From an uncultured Gammaproteobacteria bacterium (lineage in GTDB: Bacteria; Patescibacteriota; Patescibacteriia; Patescibacteriales; Patescibacteriaceae), in NCBI GenBank assembly GCA_964593745.1, contig CAZQHN010000002.1, positions 66,283 to 130,282 of the forward strand: a DNA stretch of 64,000 bases. The letters are read 5' to 3'. Each line of letters starts with the position of its first letter. The first letter of the stretch is position 1. The notes below the pieces were generated by a model. It was not told the DNA's origin. It saw only the letters and a list, made by a program, of their open reading frames with translations, and did no database searches. Both the position numbers and the translations under genes were made by a program. Of the stretch, positions 1 through 9,537 are shown piece by piece.

Positions 1-2
1 CG

Positions 3-290
3 CGCCGTGCGACTGGTAAAACTTTATATATTTTAGATGAACCAACTACTGGCCTACACTTTGATGATATTAAGCGTTTATTAAATATTTTGCATAAATT
101 GGTTGACAAAGGCAATACCGTAATTATTATTGAACATAATTTAGATGTTATAAAATCAGTTGATTGGATAATTGATTTAGGTCCCGAAGGTGGTGATAAG
201 GGCGGAGAAATTGTGGCTCAAGGCACGCCAAAAGAAGTAGCTAAAAATAAAAAAAGCTATACCGGAAAATATCTAGCTAAATTAGTTTAA
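3..290 (+). CDS. uvrA: Excinuclease ABC subunit A, C-terminal part (5' truncated by window edge)
   Basis: Frame from nt 3 reads [23 protein letters not shown]...[26 protein letters not shown], the conserved UvrA C-terminus. Confidence 0.97.
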   Translation, partial: RRATGKTLYILDEPTTGLHFDDIKRLLNILHKLVDKGNTVIIIEHNLDVIKSVDWIIDLGPEGGDKGGEIVAQGTPKEVAKNKKSYTGKYLAKLV

Positions 291-301
291 TTTAGAATTA
301 T

Positions 302-332
302 AAAAAGCTCGTTTATTAAGACGAGCTTTTTT
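302..332 (+). terminator. Intrinsic terminator after uvrA
   Basis: AAAAAGCTCGT-loop-ACGAGCTTTTTT. Confidence 0.8.
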
Positions 333-348
333 GCGCTATAATAAAATT

Positions 349-1410
349 ATGATATTTAAATTATTAGGCAATCAATATAATAATAAATCAGCTTTTACCC
401 TAATCGAATTATTAGTCGTCATCGCTATTATCGGAGTTTTATCTACCCTAGCCATAGTGGCCCTAGGTAATCTAAGAGCTAAATCAAGAGATGCTAAAAG
501 AGTGGCTGATATAAAACAAATATCTACGGCCCTAGAACTGTACTATGATGACCAAGGCTATTATCCTACGATTATTACTCCAGGCAATAGTTTAGCTAGC
601 CCAGATAGCACTAAAACCTATTTAGCTATTATTCCTAATAATCCTAGTCCCAGGGATGACAATAATTGTCCTGATAATAATTATAGTTATAACTATTCTA
701 CGGAAACTAATAAATATGCCTTAGGTTTTTGTTTGGGTAATAATGTTAATGATTTAAAGGCAGGAGTTAATTTAGCTACCGTAGATAGTGGTTTGGGCAA
801 TAGTGGTTTAATTGGTTGGTGGAAATTTGATGAAGGCGAAGGAACCACGGTTTATGATTCATTTGGCAATCATGGTACCTGGTCTGGTTTAGGTACTCAT
901 TATGCTACTGGTAAGGTTGGAGCTTATGCTGGCCAATTTAATGGGAGTAATGATTATTTATTAGTTAATAATTTACCAACTAATTTAAGTAGCGGAGCCT
1001 ATAATACAGTAGCTTTTTGGATGAAATGGAGTGGTGTTAATGGTATGGTTTTTAAATGGAATAGCCAGTCTTATGATTTATGGTTACAAGCTGGATGTTT
1101 TGGATTTAATACTTATGAATCAAATGTTTTAGGAGTTAGTAGCTCTGGTTTAGCTAATAACTGGGTTTTTGTAACCGCCATTTTTTATAATGGCGTGCCC
1201 TCGGCTTCTTCCGTGGAACTTTATGTTAATGCCGTTAAACAAAATTTAGGTAATTGTTTGAATTATACTACGCAATCAAGAATTGTTAGCAATGGTTTTT
1301 ATATTTCGCAGCCAGGTTATTATTATAGTGGCTTAGTTGATGATATTAGGGTTTATAACCGAGCATTGTCTGTTTTAGAAATAAAAACTTTGTATGATTC
1401 AACTAAGTAA
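349..1410 (+). CDS. Type IV pilin-like protein (prepilin N-methylation motif) fused to a LamG/ConA-like domain
   Basis: SA|FTLIELLVVIAIIG and RDAKRVADIKQI; C-terminal GLIGWWKFDEG...GLVDDIRVYNRALS. ATG at 349 preferred over TTG at 331. Confidence 0.9.
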   Translation: MIFKLLGNQYNNKSAFTLIELLVVIAIIGVLSTLAIVALGNLRAKSRDAKRVADIKQISTALELYYDDQGYYPTIITPGNSLASPDSTKTYLAIIPNNPSPRDDNNCPDNNYSYNYSTETNKYALGFCLGNNVNDLKAGVNLATVDSGLGNSGLIGWWKFDEGEGTTVYDSFGNHGTWSGLGTHYATGKVGAYAGQFNGSNDYLLVNNLPTNLSSGAYNTVAFWMKWSGVNGMVFKWNSQSYDLWLQAGCFGFNTYESNVLGVSSSGLANNWVFVTAIFYNGVPSASSVELYVNAVKQNLGNCLNYTTQSRIVSNGFYISQPGYYYSGLVDDIRVYNRALSVLEIKTLYDSTK

Positions 1411-1483
1411 TTATTTCTTCGGCTTTAATCATTTCTGGCGTTCCCCGCCCTGTATTCCACACCGCGTAAATTGACGACAAAAA
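1403..1483 (-). pseudogene. Orphan 3' end of a metallophosphoesterase gene
   Basis: Reads FLSSIYAVWNTGRGTPEMIKAEEIIT*, colinear with the C-terminus FMPSTFAAWNLSRPAPELIRTELLNK* of 1885..2373. Confidence 0.75.
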
Positions 1484-1568
1484 TCTTAGACTATTGTTGT
1501 TAGCTTGGTTTTTTGCTATATTTATATTCTTACCCCTCTATTTTATTAATTTTATAATTTAGAGGTTT

Positions 1569-1841
1569 ATGAATAAACAAACAAGTGATATGGAGATCAT
1601 GGAAGCTATTAAAGCTCTGTCCGAGCATGTGGACGAGCGATTTGATAAAATGGAAGATAGTATGAATAAACGTTTTGATCAAGTTTGGGATGAACTTAAT
1701 TTTCATCGCACCTGGCTAGAGCGTATTGAAGCTAATATAGTTACCAAGAGTCAATTTAATTCTTTAGTTAGTATTTTAAGACGTAATAAAACAATATCTG
1801 AATATGACGCAGAACACGCTATTAATTTAAGTGTGTTATAA
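1569..1841 (+). CDS. Hypothetical coiled-coil protein
   Basis: 90-aa ORF with VDERFDKME/MNKRFDQV repeats; upstream TGCTATATT -10-like site. Confidence 0.75.
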   Translation: MNKQTSDMEIMEAIKALSEHVDERFDKMEDSMNKRFDQVWDELNFHRTWLERIEANIVTKSQFNSLVSILRRNKTISEYDAEHAINLSVL

Positions 1842-1884
1842 AAATTATAATAAAAAAATGAGCATCTTGATTAACGCTTATTTT

Positions 1885-2373
1885 TTATTTGTTTAATAAT
1901 TCAGTTCTAATTAGTTCCGGCGCCGGTCGGCTTAGATTCCACGCCGCAAAAGTAGAGGGCATAAAAACTCCGCCTAAAGTTCCGGGATTAACTAACATAA
2001 TTTTATCTTTTATTTCCACCCATGGTTTATGAGTGTGGCCATAAAAAATAATTTCTGGTTTGTCGGCTATTAACTTTTCTATTTTGTAGGGCTCGTGACA
2101 GAGTCCGATTTTTTTACTATCAATTTCAATAATAGCTGATTCGCCTAAATTTATTATGTAAGACGGGACATCATCTGGCGAAAAATTATCAGCATTTCCA
2201 AAAACAAAATAAATTTTTTTAAATTGTTTTTTTGGAATAGTTTCTAAAGTCTCTAAACTGCCAACGTCGCCGCAAATTAAAAGTTCGGTGATTTTTTCTT
2301 TTTTAGCGAGAGCTAAAAAAGCCGTTAAGTACGGCAAGTTATCATGGAGATCAGAGATGATAGCAATTTTCAT
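1885..2373 (-). CDS. YfcE/MJ0936-family metallophosphoesterase
   Basis: MKIAIISDLHDN, CGD, GNAD, GHTH, NPG motifs; start at ATG 2373 (the extension to 2517 runs through a palindromic repeat). Confidence 0.92.
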   Translation of the reverse strand: MKIAIISDLHDNLPYLTAFLALAKKEKITELLICGDVGSLETLETIPKKQFKKIYFVFGNADNFSPDDVPSYIINLGESAIIEIDSKKIGLCHEPYKIEKLIADKPEIIFYGHTHKPWVEIKDKIMLVNPGTLGGVFMPSTFAAWNLSRPAPELIRTELLNK

Positions 2374-2382
2374 GGTTTTTAA

Positions 2383-2485
2383 GACCTCACCCGACTCAAT
2401 CCAGCTAACGCGGAATTTTGTCACCCTCTCCATCTCGCGGAGCGGATGGAGAGGGTGGGCTCGCGTAGCGAGACCGGGTGAGGTC
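2383..2485. repeat. Palindromic intergenic element (GACCTCACCCG...CGGGTGAGGTC) with internal hairpins
   Basis: 11-bp terminal inverted repeat; internal CACCCTCTCCATC/GATGGAGAGGGTG; related copy at 27644..27714. Confidence 0.75.
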
Positions 2486-2491
2486 GGAATT

Positions 2492-5400
2492 TTACGCTGC
2501 CACTCTAAACACTTCATCTAAAGTAGTTTCCCCAGCAAGAGCTTTTAAAATACCATCTTGCGTCATAAGAATTGAGCCTTGTTGCAAAGCTAGTTCTTCA
2601 ATTTCTGTTTCAGTGACAGTTGGCGTTTGAATTAATTTTTGCATTTGAGGTGTCATAGAGACAGCTTCATAAATACCAATTCTACCCTTATAACCAATAT
2701 TACCACAAGCTGAACAGCCCACTGCTTTATAAAGTTCGAATTTTTTTGGAATTTCTACGCCACTATTTGGCTTAATTCGATCTAAAATTTCTTTAATTTT
2801 CTTTTCCATTTCAGGTTTAATTATATCCTTGGCTTTGCATTTAGGGCATAGGCGTCTAACCAATCTTTGACCAATAGAGCACTCAATTGAACTTGATAGT
2901 AAAGGTTTATCAACGCCCAAACCAACAAAGCGAGCAATAGCGCCGGCCGCTGAATTAGCGTGAATGGTTGATAAGACTAAGTGGCCAGTTAAAGCCGCCT
3001 CAATAGACACCTTAGCTGTTTCTTCATCGCGAATTTCTCCCACCATGATAATATTTGGATTTTGGCGCATTAAAGAACGTAGTGCCGCGGCAAAAGTGTA
3101 ACCCTCTTCATTGCTAATTTGGGTTTGAATAATGCCCTCTAAGTTATATTCAATTGGGTCCTCGATGGTAATAATTTTTACACTCGGATCATTTAGTTTA
3201 TTTAATAAACTGTAAAGCGTGGTGGTTTTACCTGAACCAGTTGGACCAGTGGTTAAAATAACGCCTTTAGTTTTTTTAATAGCTTCGTTAACAATTTTTA
3301 AAGATACAGAACTAATGCCTAGTTTTTCCATTTCTAAGCTCTTAGCTTGAGATGACAAGAGACGAATAACAGCGGTTTCACCATAACCACCAATAATAAT
3401 TGATACACGGCAATCAACTTTTTTATTATCAGTAGCATAAATCGTAAAGCGCCCATCATAAGTTGGTTTTTTAATATTAGACGCAAAACCAGCATTGTTT
3501 TTGATAGCTGATAATAATGGAATATAATTTTCTTTTCCTAGGGTAGCTATATCATGTAAGATTCCATCAATACGATAGCGAATCTTTACTCCGTCTTCGG
3601 TTGGATCAATATGAACATCGCCAGCTTCAGCCTGAATAGCTCCAGCCATCACAATATTTATTATTTCATTAGTGTGATAGCCAGCTAATAACTTGCCATT
3701 ATCTTTACCAATTTCTTTAATTATTTCTTGGCCATGGCTCACGTCTTCTTGATTAAGTTTAAAGCCGCGACCAATAGTTTTAGCAACCACAATGTCATAT
3801 AGTTTATCAATATAATCCATTTTACCAGCTACATTATAAACCTCTTCTAAGGAAGTTATGCCTTCAAGTGCTTTAAGTATGCCATCTTGAAGCATGGTTA
3901 CCATGCCATCTTCAATGGCTTGTTCTAAAATTTTAAATTCTGGAGCATTTTGTCCGGTTAAATCTTTAATCGCTTGATTAATCATCATAACTTCATAAAT
4001 ACCAATTCGTCCTTTATAACCAATACTATTACAAGCTTCACAGCCCACCGCTTCATAAACTTTTGGTATTTCTTTAGGCACATCAACCTTAGCCTTGGGG
4101 CTAATCACCGCTAGGATTTTTTTAATTTTTTCAGTTTCTTCAGTCGTTAAAGATTTTTCTTTTTTACATTTTGGGCAAAGTCGCCTAACTAATCTTTGAG
4201 CAACAATGTTATTTAAAGCTGGTGCTAATAAATAAGGCTGGATGCCAAGATCTAATAAACGCGGAATTACACCGGCTGAATCATTGGTATGTAGGGTAGT
4301 TAAAACCAAGTGCCCAGTTAAAGAAGCGCGCACGACAATTTCCGCAGTTTCTAGATCGCGCGTCTCACCAACCATGATAATATCAGGATCTTGTCTTAAA
4401 GCCGAACGTAAACCTGAAGAAAAAGTATAACCCTTACTCTCTTCAACCTGGCTTTGGTTAATACCCTCTAATTCATATTCAACTGGGTCTTCTAGGGTAA
4501 TAATTTTAGTTCCGGGCTTATTTAATAAATTTAAAACAGCATAAATAGTTGTAGTTTTGCCAGAACCTGTTGGTCCAGTTACTAGGATTAAGCCGTTAGG
4601 TTTATCGATTTCATCTTTTAAGACCTCATAAACTCGAGGAGCAAGTCCTAATTCATTTAAAGGTAGTCCAGCAGCACTGGAATGCAAAAGACGCATAACC
4701 ACACTTTCGCCAAAGGCCGTTGGCAAGAATGAAGAGCGGACAGCAATTTTTTCTTTAGTAGTTAAAATATCAAATCGTCCATCTTGTGGTTTATCATCTA
4801 CGTTAATTTTTACTTTAGACAGAGCTTTGAGGCGAGAAATAACTCGATGCCACTTGTCCCTATCAATTGTCGCGGCTTCTTGTAATGTTCCATCCACTCG
4901 CAAGCGAACTACTACGCCTTTTTCTTCAGCTTCAATATGGACATCACTTGATTCAACTTTTAAAGCCGTGGCTACAATTAAAGCAATAACATCAGTCATA
5001 TTAACTTGATTGATTTTTTCTCCTAGGGTTCTAAAATCACTAATTTCTTTTTGAAATTTAGTTAGAGTCTCTTCAGTGATTTCCACGGCTTCAATGACAG
5101 CTTTAATTTTGGGTAAGCTTTTATAAAGCCATAAAGCATGGCTCATGCTATGAGTTGAGACTAGATAGACTTCAATGTTATCAATAAATAATTTATTTTT
5201 TAGTTCGGTAACTTTTTCTTGTACTATCGGTGCTAATGGTTCAAGGGCTGCTAAGCGTATTTTTTTGCCGTCAAAGTAAAAGCAAATAATTGATTTTTTT
5301 TGTGCTTCTACTTCATCAATTAATTCTAAAGCTTCTTGGCTAATAGGAAAGCCAGCTAGATCAATATAGGGTACGCCAGAGCTTTTAGCGCGAGCGCTAG

Positions 5401-5536
5401 TTAGTCTTTCTAAATCACGTAGCTTTATTTCACGCTGTTTTTTATCAAATTTACCAGCCAAAGTATCTTCATCGCCGGGGTCTTGTTGTCTACTAGAGTC
5501 AATTAAATCCTCAATTGATTGTACATTGTCGCTCAT
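2492..5536 (-). CDS. PilB/GspE-family type IV pilus assembly ATPase with two tandem ATPase modules
   Basis: Two complete sets of SDVHI/GDVHI, GPTGSGKTTT, EDP(V/I)EY, RQ(D/N)P.IIMVGE, TGHLVL.T.H.N and RRLCPKC...GC.AC motifs. Confidence 0.93.
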   Translation of the reverse strand: MSDNVQSIEDLIDSSRQQDPGDEDTLAGKFDKKQREIKLRDLERLTSARAKSSGVPYIDLAGFPISQEALELIDEVEAQKKSIICFYFDGKKIRLAALEPLAPIVQEKVTELKNKLFIDNIEVYLVSTHSMSHALWLYKSLPKIKAVIEAVEITEETLTKFQKEISDFRTLGEKINQVNMTDVIALIVATALKVESSDVHIEAEEKGVVVRLRVDGTLQEAATIDRDKWHRVISRLKALSKVKINVDDKPQDGRFDILTTKEKIAVRSSFLPTAFGESVVMRLLHSSAAGLPLNELGLAPRVYEVLKDEIDKPNGLILVTGPTGSGKTTTIYAVLNLLNKPGTKIITLEDPVEYELEGINQSQVEESKGYTFSSGLRSALRQDPDIIMVGETRDLETAEIVVRASLTGHLVLTTLHTNDSAGVIPRLLDLGIQPYLLAPALNNIVAQRLVRRLCPKCKKEKSLTTEETEKIKKILAVISPKAKVDVPKEIPKVYEAVGCEACNSIGYKGRIGIYEVMMINQAIKDLTGQNAPEFKILEQAIEDGMVTMLQDGILKALEGITSLEEVYNVAGKMDYIDKLYDIVVAKTIGRGFKLNQEDVSHGQEIIKEIGKDNGKLLAGYHTNEIINIVMAGAIQAEAGDVHIDPTEDGVKIRYRIDGILHDIATLGKENYIPLLSAIKNNAGFASNIKKPTYDGRFTIYATDNKKVDCRVSIIIGGYGETAVIRLLSSQAKSLEMEKLGISSVSLKIVNEAIKKTKGVILTTGPTGSGKTTTLYSLLNKLNDPSVKIITIEDPIEYNLEGIIQTQISNEEGYTFAAALRSLMRQNPNIIMVGEIRDEETAKVSIEAALTGHLVLSTIHANSAAGAIARFVGLGVDKPLLSSSIECSIGQRLVRRLCPKCKAKDIIKPEMEKKIKEILDRIKPNSGVEIPKKFELYKAVGCSACGNIGYKGRIGIYEAVSMTPQMQKLIQTPTVTETEIEELALQQGSILMTQDGILKALAGETTLDEVFRVAA

Positions 5537-5694
5537 ACAAGAAATAGTTAATTAAAGTTTAATTTAAGTTTAGTTTTCTTTTATTAGTTTACCATGAGAT
5601 AGGCCTTTATTCAATTGTTTTGCTTTTATATTTTATGCTATAATTACTAAAGATTTAAAGCTTTATGGTTTTAAAAAATTTTAGTTTTTAGAGT

Positions 5695-6150
5695 ATGAAA
5701 AAAATGTTTAGTTTACGTCGCAAACAAGATTTGGGGCCAGCGCCGGTGAAACTTAATAATGGTGCCTCTGATAATGAACACCAGTGGCTTAATTTTGGTG
5801 AAGAAGAGGGTCAATTAGCGGTTGATATTTATCAAACCGATGATGATTTAATAATTAAATCAACTATTGCTGGGGCTAATAGTAATGATATAGAAATTTC
5901 TTTAGTGGATGACATGTTAACGATTCGTGGCCAGCGCGAGCTAGACGAACAAATACCTAATGATGCTTATTTATATCGTGAGTGTTATTGGGGTAAGTTT
6001 TCTCGCTCAATTATTTTGCCAGTTGAGGTTAAGGGAGAAAAGGTTGTTGCTTCGCTTCATAATGGAGTTTTAACTATTATTTTACCTAAGATTAAACGCT
6101 CTAAACATACTAAGATAAAAGTTAAAGAATCTTCCAAATATGGAATTTAA
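5695..6150 (+). CDS. Hsp20/alpha-crystallin small heat-shock protein
   Basis: EGQLAVDIYQT...ECYWGKFSRSIILP...NGVLTIILPK. Confidence 0.93.
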   Translation: MKKMFSLRRKQDLGPAPVKLNNGASDNEHQWLNFGEEEGQLAVDIYQTDDDLIIKSTIAGANSNDIEISLVDDMLTIRGQRELDEQIPNDAYLYRECYWGKFSRSIILPVEVKGEKVVASLHNGVLTIILPKIKRSKHTKIKVKESSKYGI

Positions 6151-6337
6151 AACCATAGTGTGTTCTCTTTCAGATGAAATTATTGAACTTGAAACTGAGG
6201 ACCATAAAAAAATTTCTTTAGCTAAGGAGTTCTTGCCCGAGGCTAAAATTAATCAGGTAGTTTATGTTGCCTTGGCTTTAACTGAGGGCCAGGGAGCACG
6301 CGCCCTACTTAATGAATTAATGTCCAGTTATGATTAA
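6140..6337 (+). CDS. Small hypothetical protein
   Basis: 65 aa, overlaps both neighbours in operon fashion. Confidence 0.7.
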   Translation: MEFKTIVCSLSDEIIELETEDHKKISLAKEFLPEAKINQVVYVALALTEGQGARALLNELMSSYD

Positions 6338-8171
6338 CCATCAATTTTATAAAAAGCTTCCTAATTGGCTGCTGATTACGGCGGCTGTTTTTATAACTTT
6401 ATTTTTTATAGCGTTTTTAAGTGCTTGGTTATTATCTTTTAGATATGAAAATTTAATTGCTCCCCGCGTTAAATTAGCTGATTTAAATTTAGGTGGCAAG
6501 TCATTAAATGAAGCGCGCGATATTTTACAGCCTAGGTTTATTCAGTTTGATAGCGGTTTAGAGGTTATATTTCGTGATAAAAAGATTATTCTTGGTCAAG
6601 TAGTATCACCCGAGCTTAGTCTAGTGTTATTTACCCTTAATCCCGAAGCGACTTTAGAAAATTTGTGGTCAATTGGTCACAATGAGTCAGAATTAAAGAA
6701 TATTTATGAGCAGGTTTCAGCTTTAATTTTTGGTCGCCGTTTAGATGCTTCCTTAACCGTTGATCGCGAAGCAATTAAAGCAATTTTGCAAAAAGAATTT
6801 TTTAATTTTGAAATGGCTGCCCAGGATGCTGGGGTTGAATTTAAAGATAATAATTTTACAATTTTAAAAGAAGTATCAGGCTTAGAACTTAATTATGATC
6901 AAGCGGTTGATGAATTAATTAATAATTTAGCTCAATTAAATAATCAACCCATTACTATAAATAGCCAGGTAATTGAACCTAAAATCTATGAAGAAGACAT
7001 TAGAGCTAGGTTAGAAGAGATTAGTAATTTTTTTGATTTTTCTAAAACTAAGTTAGTTTACGAAAAAAAATCATGGGATTTAACACCAGATTTAGCTCGT
7101 CATTGGGTAGGTTTAATAAAAGATGACTCTCAGACTAAAATTGTTTTACGACAGGATAAAATTTCTAAATGGTTAGAGGATAATGTTTCTCAAAAAATTA
7201 ATCAAGAAATGACAGAACCTCGTTTAACTATTTCCGCTGGCAAGGTGTCTGTTTGGCAACCAGGTCAGGATGGTTTAGAGGTTGATTTAATTGCTACCGC
7301 TGAAGCCATAGCTAATTGGCCAACTAGTCAGCCAGATGAAATAGAAGTCAGGATTAAAAAGATTAGTAGTCAAACTGAGGATAAAACAGCAATTGCTATG
7401 GGCTTAAAAGAAATAATAGGTACCGGCATCTCAAATTTTGCCGGCTCGCCAGCTAACCGTCGCCATAATATAAAAGTTGGGGCTAATAGTTTACATGGTT
7501 TACTTATTAAACCAGGTGAAGAGTTTTCTTTATTAAAAGCTTTAGGTGAAATTAGCGGTCGTACTGGTTATTTAACTGAATTAGTTATTAAAGAAAATAA
7601 AACTATTCCCGAATACGGCGGCGGCCTTTGTCAGATTGGCACCACAATGTTTCGTGCGACGTTTAATAGTGGCTTACCTGTGACGCAAAGGCGTAATCAT
7701 TCATATCGCGTAGTGTATTATGAGCCAGCCGGAACTGATGCGACAATTTATGATCCAGCTCCAGATTATCGTTTTATTAATGACACTGGTAATTATGTTT
7801 TAATTCAAGCGCGCATTAATGGCAATGAATTAGCTTTTGATTTTTGGGGGACTAAAGACGGTCGCCAAATAGAATTTACTAAACCCGTTATTTATAATAT
7901 TATCAGACCAGCCGCTACTAAAATAATTGAAACGACTGACTTAAAAGAAGGTGAAAAAAAATGTACGGAAAGCTCTCATAACGGGGCTGATGCTTATTTT
8001 GATTATAAAGTAACCTATCCTAATGGTGAGGTTAAAGAGAAGAGGTTTACTTCTCATTATGTGCCTTGGCAAGCAGTTTGTTTAGTGGGTGTTAAAGAAT
8101 TAACCAACCCCGAAGCACCCTTACCCATTACTGGCACAGTGACACCGTCAGTTAGCCCAGCAACAAATTAA
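6330..8171 (+). CDS. VanW-family protein with N-terminal membrane anchor and peptidoglycan-binding-type repeats
   Basis: NRRHNI, GGGLCQIGTTMFRA, RRNHSYRVVYYEPAGTDATIY. Confidence 0.92.
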   Translation: MINHQFYKKLPNWLLITAAVFITLFFIAFLSAWLLSFRYENLIAPRVKLADLNLGGKSLNEARDILQPRFIQFDSGLEVIFRDKKIILGQVVSPELSLVLFTLNPEATLENLWSIGHNESELKNIYEQVSALIFGRRLDASLTVDREAIKAILQKEFFNFEMAAQDAGVEFKDNNFTILKEVSGLELNYDQAVDELINNLAQLNNQPITINSQVIEPKIYEEDIRARLEEISNFFDFSKTKLVYEKKSWDLTPDLARHWVGLIKDDSQTKIVLRQDKISKWLEDNVSQKINQEMTEPRLTISAGKVSVWQPGQDGLEVDLIATAEAIANWPTSQPDEIEVRIKKISSQTEDKTAIAMGLKEIIGTGISNFAGSPANRRHNIKVGANSLHGLLIKPGEEFSLLKALGEISGRTGYLTELVIKENKTIPEYGGGLCQIGTTMFRATFNSGLPVTQRRNHSYRVVYYEPAGTDATIYDPAPDYRFINDTGNYVLIQARINGNELAFDFWGTKDGRQIEFTKPVIYNIIRPAATKIIETTDLKEGEKKCTESSHNGADAYFDYKVTYPNGEVKEKRFTSHYVPWQAVCLVGVKELTNPEAPLPITGTVTPSVSPATN

Positions 8172-8187
8172 TAATTTTTTATAACAA

Positions 8188-8218
8188 AACCCGCCCGATC
8201 TAAAAGACCGGGCGGGTT
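8188..8218 (-). terminator. Intrinsic terminator, best on the minus strand (may also serve vanW)
   Basis: AACCCGCCCGGTC-TTTTA-GATCGGGCGGGTT followed by TTGTT on the minus strand. Confidence 0.8.
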
Positions 8219-8221
8219 AGT

Positions 8222-8368
8222 CATTCAAACAAAAGTTCGATTGAAGCGGGTAGGCAAGAAATTTTCATCAGAAAAAATCTAGTCGGAACCGGATTGTTTC
8301 TGACGAATAAATCCCCATGCTTGTCGTGCCTAGCCCGCTTCAAGCGACCTTTTTGGTTTTTAAACGTA
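8222..8368 (-). ncRNA. Rod-shaped small RNA, 6S-RNA-like candidate
   Basis: Long closing stem, asymmetric central bubble, apical stem with G-U pairs favouring the minus strand; own promoter and terminator; no credible ORF. Confidence 0.6.
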
Positions 8369-8375
8369 ATAACCG

Positions 8376-8404
8376 ATTTTATCATAGCTTAGTAAAAAAG
8401 TCAA
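8376..8404 (-). promoter_or_regulatory. Sigma70-type promoter of the small RNA
   Basis: TTGACT-17 bp-TAAAAT with extended -10 TG. Confidence 0.75.
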
Positions 8405-8495
8405 GCCCCGTAAAGCTTTAATTTTATATTTTTTGCTAATATTAAATAAAAAAAATCAGTTCATGCACTGATTTTCCCCATGCTTTTCACTGGTT

Positions 8496-9536
8496 TTACA
8501 CAAGAGAATCTATAATAGTATCTAATTTTTTATATAAAGCTAAAGTGTTTTCTTTAGGCCTTGTTTGTAGATTTTTTTTATAAGTAGGTAAATTATTTAT
8601 AAAATCCAAACCTTTTTTGGCAGTTAATTTTTCTGCCCAATCGCCATAACCAAGTTTTTTAATTTGTATGGCATTAAGGATTTGTTCAATTTGGTGCTCA
8701 ACTGGAATAGCTAGGTAAGGTTTTTTTAAATGGAGAGCTTCAGAGATAAGACTTAAGCCCGCCGTGCCAATAATAGCTTTACAGTTTTTTAAATCAGTCG
8801 TATTTTGGTGAGTATAGTCTTTGATAATAATATTATCAATTTTTTTATAACCCGATTGGTTACGGTAAATGACAAAATTTTCTTGCTTGATTTTTCTAAG
8901 TTCATCAATAATATAATCAAAATTTGAATTTTGATAAACGAAAATAAAATTTTTATTAGCTGGTTTTAATTTAGCTATTGGGCCACGCACAATCGGTGGG
9001 AAAAGAAAAGTTTTTGGTTTAGTAATTTTAGTTTTAAAAAAACTAGTAATTAAATAGTAATCGGCTCCCCAGACCATGGTTTTAACAATTAAGGAGTCGG
9101 TTAAAAAATCACGACGATATTTTTTAGGGACATCAATTTTAGTGTGTGTAAGTTGATGTTGGTTATCAAGTGAAATTAAAGGTAATTTTTCTAGATGAGC
9201 TAAGGCCGTGGAGAGTGGCTCGAAATCAGTGATGACCAAATCAGGTTTAAATTTTTTAATACTTTTTATAATTTTAGGATAATTTTTTGATTCAGCCACT
9301 AGGGTTTTAGCATTATCGTAAATTGTGCGCCAGTAAACCACCTTATTATTTTGATAATTTAAGCCTAGTCCAGGAATTTCTAAAACTTTAAAATATTTTT
9401 TTAAAAATTTAGCCCCTTGGTTATAAGTTAAAACCAAAATTTCATGTTTTTGTTTTTTTAAATGGTTGAGAGTTTCAAAACTACGAGCCGCATGACCAAA
9501 ACCTTGTCCAGAAACTCCGTAAATAATTCGTGCCAT
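8496..9536 (-). CDS. GT-B glycosyltransferase (MJ1255/VC2487-like)
   Basis: IIYGVSGQGFGHAAR, PDLVITDFEP, GTAGLSLISEAL, QIEQILNA. Confidence 0.88.
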   Translation of the reverse strand: MARIIYGVSGQGFGHAARSFETLNHLKKQKHEILVLTYNQGAKFLKKYFKVLEIPGLGLNYQNNKVVYWRTIYDNAKTLVAESKNYPKIIKSIKKFKPDLVITDFEPLSTALAHLEKLPLISLDNQHQLTHTKIDVPKKYRRDFLTDSLIVKTMVWGADYYLITSFFKTKITKPKTFLFPPIVRGPIAKLKPANKNFIFVYQNSNFDYIIDELRKIKQENFVIYRNQSGYKKIDNIIIKDYTHQNTTDLKNCKAIIGTAGLSLISEALHLKKPYLAIPVEHQIEQILNAIQIKKLGYGDWAEKLTAKKGLDFINNLPTYKKNLQTRPKENTLALYKKLDTIIDSLV

Positions 9537-9537
9537 A

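Noticed and set aside
2374..2521. N-terminal extension of the phosphoesterase and ORF 2288..2521
   Set aside because: Both read through a palindromic repeat or antisense to real genes
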